Below the pieces are notes generated by a model. The model was not told where the DNA came from. It saw only the letters and a program-made list of their open reading frames with translations, and did no database searches. Made by a program: the position numbers and the translations under genes. Below are positions 11,401 to 24,200 of a DNA stretch of 64,000 nucleotides, in pieces. Numbering within the stretch: the first letter of the stretch is position 1; each line of letters begins with the position of its first letter. Source of the DNA: Eledone cirrhosa (taxonomy: Eukaryota); assembly GCA_964016885.1 (NCBI GenBank), contig OZ024741.1, forward strand, positions 246,946,001-247,010,000, given 5' to 3'.

Positions 11401-14400
11401 TCTCCCCTTGGACGGCTAGAAATTACCTCTCCTTGGACGGCTGAAAATTATCTCCCCTTGGACGGCTGGAAATTATCTCCCCTTGGAGGCTGGAACTTAT
11501 CTCCCCTTGGACGGCTAGAAATTACGTCTCCTTGGACGGCTGGAAAATATGTCTCCTTGGACGGCTGGATATTATCTCCCCTTGGACGGCTGGAAATTAT
11601 CTCCCCTTGGACGGCTGGAAATTATCTCCCCTTGGATGGCTAGATATTACCTCCCCTTGGACGGCTGGAAATTATCTCCCCTTGATTTTTTTTACAAATT
11701 ATCTCCCCCTGATTTTTTTTTACAAATTATCTCCCCCTGATTTTTTTTTACAAATTATCTCCCCCTGATTTTTGTTTACAAATTATCTCCGCCTGATTTT
11801 TTTAAAAAAATTATCTCCCCTTGGACGGCTGTAAATTATCTCCCCTTGGACGGCTAGAAATTACCTCTCCTTGGACGGCTGAAAATTATCTCCCCTTGGA
11901 CGGCTGGAAATTATCTCCCCTTGATTTTTTTACAAATTATCTCCGCCTGATTTTTTTTTTACAAATTATCTCCCCCTGATTTTTTTTTACAAATTATCTC
12001 CCACTGATTTTTTTTTACAAATTATCTCCCCCTAATTTTTTTTTACAAATTATCTCCCCCTAATTTTTTTACAAATTATCTCCCCTTGGCTGGCTGGAAA
12101 TTATCTCCCCTTGGAGGCTGGAACTTATCTCCCCTTGGACGGCTAGAAATTACGTCTCCTTGGACGGCTGGAAAATATGTCTCCTTGGACGGCTGGATAT
12201 TATCTCCCCTTGGACGGCTGGAAATTATCTCCCCTTGGACGGCTGGAAATTATCTCCCCTTGGATGGCTAGATATTACCTCCCCTTGGACGGCTGGAAAT
12301 TATCTCCCCTTGATTTTTTTTACAAATTATCTCCCCCTGATTTTTTTTTTACAAATTATCTCCCCCTGATTTTTTTTTACAAATTATCTCCCCCTGATTT
12401 TTGTTTACAAATTATCTCCGCCTGATTTTTTTAAAAAAATTATCTCCCCTTGGACGGCTGGAAATTATCTCCCCTTGGACGGCTAGAAATTACCTCTCCT
12501 TGGACGGCTGAAAATTATCTCCCCTTGGACGGCTGGAAATTATCTCCCCTTGATTTTTTTACAAATTATCTCCCCCTGATTTTTTTTTTACAAATTATCT
12601 CCCCCTGATTTTTTTTTACAAATTATCTACCCCTGATTTTTTTTACAAATTATCTCCCCCTGATTTTTTTTACAAATTATCTCCCCCTGATTTTTTTTTA
12701 CAAATTATCTCCCCCTGATTTTTTTACAAATTATCTCCCCCTGATTTTTTTTACAAATTATCTCCGCCTGATTTTTTTAGATATTATCTCTCCTTGGCTG
12801 GCGGGAAATTATCTCCCCTTGGACGGCTGGAAATTATCTCCCCTTGGAAGGATGGAAATTATCTCCCCTTGGACGGCTGGAAATTATCTACCCCTGATTT
12901 TTTTTACAAATTATCTCCCCCTGATTTTTTTACAAATTATCTCCCCCTGATTTTTTTTACAAATTATCTCCGCCTGATTTTTTTAAATGTTATCTCTCCT
13001 TGGCTGGCGGGAAATTATCTCCCCTTGGACGGCTGGAAATTATCTCCCCTTGGAAGGATGGAAATTATCTCCCCTTGGACGGCTGAAAATTATCTACCCC
13101 TGATTTTTTTTACAAATTATCTCCCCCTGATTTTTTTTACAAATTATCTCCCCCTGATTTTTTTTACAAATTATCTACCCCTGATTTTTTCTACAAATTA
13201 TCTCCCCCTGATTTTTTTTACAAATTATCTCCCCCTGATTTTTTTTTTACAAATTATCTCCCCCTGATTTTTTTACAAATTATCTCCCCCTGATTTTTTT
13301 TTACAAATTATCTCCCCCTGATTTTTTTACAAATTATCTCCCCTTGGCTGGCTGGAAATTATCTCCCCTTGGAGGCTGGAACTTATCTCCCCTTGGACGG
13401 CTAGAAATTACCTCTCCTTGGACGGCTGGAAAATATGTCTCCTTGGACGGCTGGATATTATCTCCCCTTGGACGGCTGGAAATTATCTCCCCTTGGACGG
13501 CTGGAAATTAACTCCGCTTGGATGGCTAGATATTACCTCCCCTTGGACGGCTGGAAATTATCTCCCCTTGATTTTTTTTACAAATTATCTCCCCCTGATT
13601 TTTTTTTACAAATTATCTCCCCCTGATTTTTTTTTACAAATTATCTCCCCCTGATTTTTGTTTACAAATTATCTCCGCCTGATTTTTTTAAAAAAATTAT
13701 CTCCCCTTGGACGGCTGGAAATTATCTCCCCTTGGACGGCTAGAAATTACCTCCTTGGACGGCTGAAAATTATCTCCCCTTGGACGGCTGGAAATTATCT
13801 CCCCTTGATTTTTTTACAAATTATCTCCCCCTGATTTTTTTTTTACAAATTATCTCCCCCTGATTTTTTTTACAAATTATCTACCCCTGATTTTTTTTTA
13901 CAAATTATCTCCCCCTGATTTTTTTTACAAATTATCTCCCCTGATTTTTTTTTACAAATTATCTCCCCCTGATTTTTTTACAAATTATCTCCCCCTGATT
14001 TTTTTACAAATTATCTCCGCCTGATTTTTTTAAATATTATCTCTCCTTGGCTGGCGGGAAATTATCTCCCCTTGGACGGCTGGAAATTATCTCCCCTTGG
14101 AAGGATGGAAATTATCTCCCCTTGGACGGCTGGAAATTATCTACCCCTGATTTTTTTTACAAATTATCTCCCCCTGATTTTTTTACAAATTATCTCCCCC
14201 TGATTTTTTTTACAAATTATCTCCGCCTGATTTTTTTAAATGTTATCTCTCCTTGGCTGGCGGGAAATTATCTCCCCTTGGACGGCTGGAAATTATCTCC
14301 CCTTGGAAGGATGGAAATTATCTCCCCTTGGACGGCTGGAAATTATCTACCCCTGATTTTTTTTACAAATTATCTCCCCCTGATTTTTTTTACAAATTAT

Positions 14401-15350
14401 CTCCCCCTGATTTTTTTTTACAAATTATCTACCCCTGATTTTTTTACAAATTATCTCCCCTTGGCTGGCTGGAAATTATCTCCCCTTGGACGGCTAGAAA
14501 TTACCTCTCCTTGGACGGCTGAAAATTATCTCCCCTTGGACGGCTGGAAATTATCTCCCCTTGATTTTTTTACAAATTATCTCCCCCTGATTGTTTTTTT
14601 ACAAATTATCTCCCCCTGGTTTTTTTTACAAATTATCTACCCCTGATTTTTTTTTACAAATTATCTCCCCTTGATTTTTTTTACAAATTATCTCCCCCTG
14701 ATTTTTTTTACAAATTATCTCCCCCTGATTTTTTTTTACAAATTATCTCCCCCTGATTTTTGTTTACAAATTATCTCCGCCTGATTTTTTAAAAAAAATT
14801 ATCTCCCCTTGGACGGCTGGAAATTATCTCCCCTTGGACGGCTAGAAATTACCTCTCCTTGGACGGCTGAAAATTATCTCCCCTTGGACGGCTGGAAATT
14901 ATCTCCCCTTGGAGGCTGGAACTTATCTCCCCTTGGACGGCTAGAAATTACGTCTCCTTGGACGGCTGGAAAATATGTCTCCTTGGACGGCTGGATATTA
15001 TCTCCCCTTGGACGGCTGGAAATTATCTCCCCTTGGACGGCTGGAAATTATCTCCCCTTGGATGGCTAGATATTACCTCCCCTTGGACGGCTGGAAATTA
15101 TCTCCCCTTGATTTTTTTTACAAATTATCTCCCCCTGATTTTTTTTTACAAATTATCTCCCCCTGATTTTTTTTTACAAATTATCTCCCCCTGATTTTTG
15201 TTTACAAATTATCTCCGCCTGATTTTTTAAAAAAAATTATCTCCCCTTGGACGGCTGTAAATTATCTCCCCTTGGACGGCTAGAAATTACCTCTCCTTGG
15301 ACGGCTGAAAATTATCTCCCCTTGGACGGCTGGAAATTATCTCCCCTTGA
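8500..15350 (+). repeat. Nested tandem duplication, period 3246/3426 bp (boundaries approximate)
   Basis: ORF-track offsets are 3246 for 8840->12086 and 9548->12794, and 3426 for 9992->13418, 10621->14047 and 11383->14809. Shared rare variants: CCCACTGA, ATTAACTCCGC, GATTGTTTT followed by CCTGGTTTT, and GGCTGTAAA. Confidence 0.88.
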
Positions 15351-18213
15351 TTTTTTTACAAATTATCTCCCCCTGATTTTTTTTTACAAATTATCTCCCC
15401 CTGATTTTTTTTTACAAATTATCTACCCCTGATTTTTTTTTACAAATTATCTCCCCCTGATTTTTTTTACAAATTATCTCCCCGATTTTTTTTTACAAAT
15501 TATCTCCCCCTGATTTTTTTACAAATTATCTCCCCCTGATTTTTTTTACAAATTATCTCCGCCTGATTTTTTTAAATATTATCTCTCCTTGGCTGGCGGG
15601 AAATTATCTCCCCTTGGACGGCTGGAAATTATCTCCCCTTGGAAGGATGGAAATTATCTCCCCTTGGACGGCTGGAAATTATCTACCCCTGATTTTTTTT
15701 ATAAATTATCTCCCCCTGATTTTTTTACAAATTATCTCCCCCTGATTTTTTTTACAAATTATCTCCGCCTGATTTTTTTAAATGTTATCTCTCCTTGGCT
15801 GGCGGGAAATTATCTCCCCTTGGACGGCTGGAAATTATCTCCCCTTGGAAGGATGGAAATTATCTCCCCTTGGAGGGCTGAAAATTATCTACCCCTGATT
15901 TTTTTTACAAATTATCTCCCCCTGATTTTTTTTACAAATTATCTCCCCCTGATTTTTTTTACAAATTATCTCCCCCTGATTTTTTTTACAAATTATCTCC
16001 GCCTGATTTTTTTAAATGTTATCTCTCCTTGGCTGGCGGGAAATTATCTCCCCTTGGACGGCTGGAAATTATCTCCCCTTGGAAGGATGGAAATTATCTC
16101 CCCTTGGACGGCTGGAAATTATCTACCCCTGATTTTTTTTACAAATTATCTCCCCCTGATTTTTTTTACAAATTATCTCCCCCTGATTTTTTTTTACAAA
16201 TTATCTACCCCTGATTTTTTTACAAATTATCTCCCCTTGGCTGGCTGGAAATTATCTCCCCTTGGACGGCTAGAAATTACCTCTCCTTGGACGGCTGAAA
16301 ATTATCTCCCCTTGGACGGCTGGAAATTATCTCCCCTTGATTTTTTTACAAATTATCTCCCCCTGATTTTTTTTTTACAAATTATCTCCCCCTGATTTTT
16401 TTTTACAAATTATCTACCCCTGATTTTTTTTTACAAATTATCTCCCCTTGATTTTTTTTACAAATTATCTCCCCCTGATTTTTTTTACAAATTATCTCCC
16501 CCTGATTTTTTTTTACAAATTATCTCCCCCTGATTTTTGTTTACAAATTATCTCCCCCTGATTTTTTTTTACAAATTATCTCCCCCTGATTTTTTTTTAC
16601 AAATTATCTCCCCCTAATTTTTTTTTACAAATTATCTCCCCCTAATTTTTTTACAAATTATCTCCCCTTGGCTGGCTGGAAATTATCTCCCCTTGGAGGC
16701 TGGAACTTATCTCCCCTTGGACGGCTAGAAATTACGTCTCCTTGGACGGCTGGAAAATATGTCTCCTTGGACGGCTGGATATTATCTCCCCTTGGACGGC
16801 TGGAAATTATCTCCCCTTGGACGGCTGGAAATTATCTCCCCTTGGATGGCTAGATATTACCTCCCCTTGGACGGCTGGAAATTATCTCCCCTTGATTTTT
16901 TTTACAAATTATCTCCCCCTGATTTTTTTTTACAAATTATCTCCCCCTGATTTTTTTTTACAAATTATCTCCCCCTGATTTTTGTTTACAAATTATCTCC
17001 GCCTGATTTTTTAAAAAAAATTATCTCCCCTTGGACGGCTGGAAATTATCTCCCCTTGGACGGCTAGAAATTACCTCTCCTTGGACGGCTGAAAATTATC
17101 TCCCCTTGGACGGCTGGAAATTATCTCCCCTTGATTTTTTTACAAATTATCTCCCCCTGATTTTTTTTTACAAATTATCTCCCCCTGATTTTTTTTTACA
17201 AATTATCTACCCCTGATTTTTTTTTACAAATTATCTCCCCCTGATTTTTTTTACAAATTATCTCCCCCTGATTTTTTTTTACAAATTATCTCCCCCTGAT
17301 TTTTTTACAAATTATCTCCCCCTGATTTTTTTTACAAATTATCTCCGCCTGATTTTTTTAAATATTATCTCTCCTTGGCTGGCGGGAAATTATCTCCCCT
17401 TGGACGGCTGGAAATTATCTCCCCTTGGAAGGATGGAAATTATCTCCCCTTGGACGGCTGGAAATTATCTACCCCTGATTTTTTTTACAAATTATCTCCC
17501 CCTGATTTTTTTACAAATTATCTCCCCCTGATTTTTTTTACAAATTATCTCCGCCTGATTTTTTTAAATGTTATCTCTCCTTGGCTGGCGGGAAATTATC
17601 TCCCCTTGGACGGCTGGAAATTATCTCCCCTTGGAAGGATGGAAATTATCTCCCCTTGGAGGGCTGAAAATTATCTACCCCTGATTTTTTTTACAAATTA
17701 TCTCCCCCTGATTTTTTTTACAAATTATCTCCCCCTGATTTTTTTTACAAATTATCTACCCCTGATTTTTTTTACAAATTATCTCCCCCTGATTTTTTTT
17801 ACAAATTATCTCCCCCTGATTTTTTTTTTACAAATTATCTCCCCCTGATTTTTTTACAAATTATCTCCCCCTGATTTTTTTTTTACAAATTATCTCCCCC
17901 TGATTTTTTTACAAATTATCTCCCCTTGGCTGGCTGGAAATTATCTCCCCTTGGAGGCAGGAACTTATCTCCCCTTGGACGGCTAGAAATTACCTCTCCT
18001 TGGACGACTGGAAAATATGTCTCCTTGGACGGCTGGATATTATCTCCCCTTGGACGGCTGGAAATTATCTCCCCTTGGACGGCTGGAAATTATCTACCCC
18101 TGATTTTTTTTACAAATTATCTCCCCCTGATTTTTTTTACAAATTATCTCCCCCTGATTTTTTTTTACAAATTATCTACCCCTGATTTTTTTACAAATTA
18201 TCTCCCCTTGGCT
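9210..18213 (+). repeat. 9004-bp tandem duplication, copy 1
   Basis: Every ORF from 9548 to 18000 recurs at exactly +9004. Private variants recur at +9004: TTGACTGG ~9921/18925, CCCCGATT ~15481/24485, GGACGACTG ~18002/27006. Confidence 0.95.
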
Positions 18214-21200
18214 GGCTGGAAATTATCTCCCCTTGGACGGCTAGAAATTACCTCTCCTTGGACGGCTGAAAATTATCTCCCCTTGGACGGCTGGAAATTA
18301 TCTCCCCTTGATTTTTTTACAAATTATCTCCCCCTGATTTTTTTTTTACAAATTATCTCCCCCTGATTTTTTTTTACAAATTATCTACCCCTGATTTTTT
18401 TTACAAATTATCTCCCCCTGATTTTTTTTACAAATTATCTCCCCCTGATTTTTTTTTACAAATTATCTCCCCCTGATTTTTTTACAAATTATCTCCCCCT
18501 GATTTTTTTTACAAATTATCTCCGCCTGATTTTTTTAGATATTATCTCTCCTTGGCTGGCGGGAAATTATCTCCCCTTGGACGGCTGGAAATTATCTCCC
18601 CTTGGAAGGATGGAAATTATCTCCCCTTGGACGGCTGGAAATTATCTACCCCTGATTTTTTTTACAAATTATCTCCCCCTGATTTTTTTACAAATTATCT
18701 CCCCCTGATTTTTTTTACAAATTATCTCCCCCTGATTTTTTTTACAAATTATCTACCCCTGATTTTTTCTACAAATTATCTCCCCCTGATTTTTTTTACA
18801 AATTATCTCCCCCTGATTTTTTTTTTACAAATTATCTCCCCCTGATTTTTTTACAAATTATCTCCCCCTGATTTTTTTTTACAAATTATCTCCCCCTGAT
18901 TTTTTTACAAATTATCTCCCCTTGACTGGCTGGAAATTATCTCCCCTTGGAGGCTGGAACTTATCTCCCCTTGGACGGCTAGAAATTACCTCTCCTTGGA
19001 CGGCTGGAAAATATGTCTCCTTGGACGGCTGGATATTATCTCCCCTTGGACGGCTGGAAATTATCTCCCCTTGGACGGCTGGAAATTAACTCCGCTTGGA
19101 TGGCTAGATATTACCTCCCCTTGGACGGCTGGAAATTATCTCCCCTTGATTTTTTTTACAAATTATCTCCCCCTGATTTTTTTTTACAAATTATCTCCCC
19201 CTGATTTTTTTTTACAAATTATCTCCCCCTGATTTTTGTTTACAAATTATCTCCGCCTGATTTTTTTAAAAAAATTATCTCCCCTTGGACGGCTGGAAAT
19301 TATCTCCCCTTGGACGGCTAGAAATTACCTCCTTGGACGGCTGAAAATTATCTCCCCTTGGACGGCTGGAAATTATCTCCCCTTGATTTTTTTACAAATT
19401 ATCTCCCCCTGATTTTTTTTTTACAAATTATCTCCCCCTGATTTTTTTTACAAATTATCTACCCCTGATTTTTTTTTACAAATTATCTCCCCCTGATTTT
19501 TTTTACAAATTATCTCCCCTGATTTTTTTTTACAAATTATCTCCCCCTGATTTTTTTACAAATTATCTCCCCCTGATTTTTTTACAAATTATCTCCGCCT
19601 GATTTTTTTAAATATTATCTCTCCTTGGCTGGCGGGAAATTATCTCCCCTTGGACGGCTGGAAATTATCTCCCCTTGGAAGGATGGAAATTATCTCCCCT
19701 TGGACGGCTGGAAATTATCTACCCCTGATTTTTTTTACAAATTATCTCCCCCTGATTTTTTTACAAATTATCTCCCCCTGATTTTTTTTACAAATTATCT
19801 CCGCCTGATTTTTTTAAATGTTATCTCTCCTTGGCTGGCGGGAAATTATCTCCCCTTGGACGGCTGGAAATTATCTCCCCTTGGAAGGATGGAAATTATC
19901 TCCCCTTGGACGGCTGGAAATTATCTACCCCTGATTTTTTTTACAAATTATCTCCCCCTGATTTTTTTTACAAATTATCTCCCCCTGATTTTTTTTTACA
20001 AATTATCTACCCCTGATTTTTTTACAAATTATCTCCCCTTGGCTGGCTGGAAATTATCTCCCCTTGGACGGCTAGAAATTACCTCTCCTTGGACGGCTGA
20101 AAATTATCTCCCCTTGGACGGCTGGAAATTATCTCCCCTTGATTTTTTTACAAATTATCTCCCCCTGATTGTTTTTTTACAAATTATCTCCCCCTGGTTT
20201 TTTTTACAAATTATCTACCCCTGATTTTTTTTTACAAATTATCTCCCCTTGATTTTTTTTACAAATTATCTCCCCCTGATTTTTTTTACAAATTATCTCC
20301 CCCTGATTTTTTTTTACAAATTATCTCCCCCTGATTTTTGTTTACAAATTATCTCCGCCTGATTTTTAAAAAAAAATTATCTCCCCTTGGACGGCTGGAA
20401 ATTATCTCCCCTTGGACGGCTAGAAATTACCTCTCCTTGGACGGCTGAAAATTATCTCCCCTTGGACGGCTGGAAATTATCTCCCCTTGGAGGCTGGAAC
20501 TTATCTCCCCTTGGACGGCTAGAAATTACGTCTCCTTGGACGGCTGGAAAATATGTCTCCTTGGACGGCTGGATATTATCTCCCCTTGGACGGCTGGAAA
20601 TTATCTCCCCTTGGACGGCTGGAAATTATCTCCCCTTGGATGGCTAGATATTACCTCCCCTTGGACGGCTGGAAATTATCTCCCCTTGATTTTTTTTACA
20701 AATTATCTCCCCCTGATTTTTTTTTACAAATTATCTCCCCCTGATTTTTTTTTACAAATTATCTCCCCCTGATTTTTGTTTACAAATTATCTCCGCCTGA
20801 TTTTTTTAAAAAAATTATCTCCCCTTGGACGGCTGTAAATTATCTCCCCTTGGACGGCTAGAAATTACCTCTCCTTGGACGGCTGAAAATTATCTCCCCT
20901 TGGACGGCTGGAAATTATCTCCCCTTGATTTTTTTACAAATTATCTCCGCCTGATTTTTTTTTTACAAATTATCTCCCCCTGATTTTTTTTTACAAATTA
21001 TCTCCCACTGATTTTTTTTTACAAATTATCTCCCCCTAATTTTTTTTTACAAATTATCTCCCCCTAATTTTTTTACAAATTATCTCCCCTTGGCTGGCTG
21101 GAAATTATCTCCCCTTGGAGGCTGGAACTTATCTCCCCTTGGACGGCTAGAAATTACGTCTCCTTGGACGGCTGGAAAATATGTCTCCTTGGACGGCTGG

Positions 21201-24200
21201 ATATTATCTCCCCTTGGACGGCTGGAAATTATCTCCCCTTGGACGGCTGGAAATTATCTCCCCTTGGATGGCTAGATATTACCTCCCCTTGGACGGCTGG
21301 AAATTATCTCCCCTTGATTTTTTTTACAAATTATCTCCCCCTGATTTTTTTTTTACAAATTATCTCCCCCTGATTTTTTTTTACAAATTATCTCCCCCTG
21401 ATTTTTGTTTACAAATTATCTCCGCCTGATTTTTTTAAAAAAATTATCTCCCCTTGGACGGCTGGAAATTATCTCCCCTTGGACGGCTAGAAATTACCTC
21501 TCCTTGGACGGCTGAAAATTATCTCCCCTTGGACGGCTGGAAATTATCTCCCCTTGATTTTTTTACAAATTATCTCCCCCTGATTTTTTTTTTACAAATT
21601 ATCTCCCCCTGATTTTTTTTTACAAATTATCTACCCCTGATTTTTTTTACAAATTATCTCCCCCTGATTTTTTTTACAAATTATCTCCCCCTGATTTTTT
21701 TTTACAAATTATCTCCCCCTGATTTTTTTACAAATTATCTCCCCCTGATTTTTTTTACAAATTATCTCCGCCTGATTTTTTTAGATATTATCTCTCCTTG
21801 GCTGGCGGGAAATTATCTCCCCTTGGACGGCTGGAAATTATCTCCCCTTGGAAGGATGGAAATTATCTCCCCTTGGACGGCTGGAAATTATCTACCCCTG
21901 ATTTTTTTTACAAATTATCTCCCCCTGATTTTTTTACAAATTATCTCCCCCTGATTTTTTTTACAAATTATCTCCGCCTGATTTTTTTAAATGTTATCTC
22001 TCCTTGGCTGGCGGGAAATTATCTCCCCTTGGACGGCTGGAAATTATCTCCCCTTGGAAGGATGGAAATTATCTCCCCTTGGACGGCTGAAAATTATCTA
22101 CCCCTGATTTTTTTTACAAATTATCTCCCCCTGATTTTTTTTACAAATTATCTCCCCCTGATTTTTTTTACAAATTATCTACCCCTGATTTTTTCTACAA
22201 ATTATCTCCCCCTGATTTTTTTTACAAATTATCTCCCCCTGATTTTTTTTTTACAAATTATCTCCCCCTGATTTTTTTACAAATTATCTCCCCCTGATTT
22301 TTTTTTACAAATTATCTCCCCCTGATTTTTTTACAAATTATCTCCCCTTGGCTGGCTGGAAATTATCTCCCCTTGGAGGCTGGAACTTATCTCCCCTTGG
22401 ACGGCTAGAAATTACCTCTCCTTGGACGGCTGGAAAATATGTCTCCTTGGACGGCTGGATATTATCTCCCCTTGGACGGCTGGAAATTATCTCCCCTTGG
22501 ACGGCTGGAAATTAACTCCGCTTGGATGGCTAGATATTACCTCCCCTTGGACGGCTGGAAATTATCTCCCCTTGATTTTTTTTACAAATTATCTCCCCCT
22601 GATTTTTTTTTACAAATTATCTCCCCCTGATTTTTTTTTACAAATTATCTCCCCCTGATTTTTGTTTACAAATTATCTCCGCCTGATTTTTTTAAAAAAA
22701 TTATCTCCCCTTGGACGGCTGGAAATTATCTCCCCTTGGACGGCTAGAAATTACCTCCTTGGACGGCTGAAAATTATCTCCCCTTGGACGGCTGGAAATT
22801 ATCTCCCCTTGATTTTTTTACAAATTATCTCCCCCTGATTTTTTTTTTACAAATTATCTCCCCCTGATTTTTTTTACAAATTATCTACCCCTGATTTTTT
22901 TTTACAAATTATCTCCCCCTGATTTTTTTTACAAATTATCTCCCCTGATTTTTTTTTACAAATTATCTCCCCCTGATTTTTTTACAAATTATCTCCCCCT
23001 GATTTTTTTACAAATTATCTCCGCCTGATTTTTTTAAATATTATCTCTCCTTGGCTGGCGGGAAATTATCTCCCCTTGGACGGCTGGAAATTATCTCCCC
23101 TTGGAAGGATGGAAATTATCTCCCCTTGGACGGCTGGAAATTATCTACCCCTGATTTTTTTTACAAATTATCTCCCCCTGATTTTTTTACAAATTATCTC
23201 CCCCTGATTTTTTTTACAAATTATCTCCGCCTGATTTTTTTAAATGTTATCTCTCCTTGGCTGGCGGGAAATTATCTCCCCTTGGACGGCTGGAAATTAT
23301 CTCCCCTTGGAAGGATGGAAATTATCTCCCCTTGGACGGCTGGAAATTATCTACCCCTGATTTTTTTTACAAATTATCTCCCCCTGATTTTTTTTACAAA
23401 TTATCTCCCCCTGATTTTTTTTTACAAATTATCTACCCCTGATTTTTTTACAAATTATCTCCCCTTGGCTGGCTGGAAATTATCTCCCCTTGGACGGCTA
23501 GAAATTACCTCTCCTTGGACGGCTGAAAATTATCTCCCCTTGGACGGCTGGAAATTATCTCCCCTTGATTTTTTTACAAATTATCTCCCCCTGATTGTTT
23601 TTTTACAAATTATCTCCCCCTGGTTTTTTTTACAAATTATCTACCCCTGATTTTTTTTTACAAATTATCTCCCCTTGATTTTTTTTACAAATTATCTCCC
23701 CCTGATTTTTTTTACAAATTATCTCCCCCTGATTTTTTTTTACAAATTATCTCCCCCTGATTTTTGTTTACAAATTATCTCCGCCTGATTTTTTAAAAAA
23801 AATTATCTCCCCTTGGACGGCTGGAAATTATCTCCCCTTGGACGGCTAGAAATTACCTCTCCTTGGACGGCTGAAAATTATCTCCCCTTGGACGGCTGGA
23901 AATTATCTCCCCTTGGAGGCTGGAACTTATCTCCCCTTGGACGGCTAGAAATTACGTCTCCTTGGACGGCTGGAAAATATGTCTCCTTGGACGGCTGGAT
24001 ATTATCTCCCCTTGGACGGCTGGAAATTATCTCCCCTTGGACGGCTGGAAATTATCTCCCCTTGGATGGCTAGATATTACCTCCCCTTGGACGGCTGGAA
24101 ATTATCTCCCCTTGATTTTTTTTACAAATTATCTCCCCCTGATTTTTTTTTACAAATTATCTCCCCCTGATTTTTTTTTACAAATTATCTCCCCCTGATT

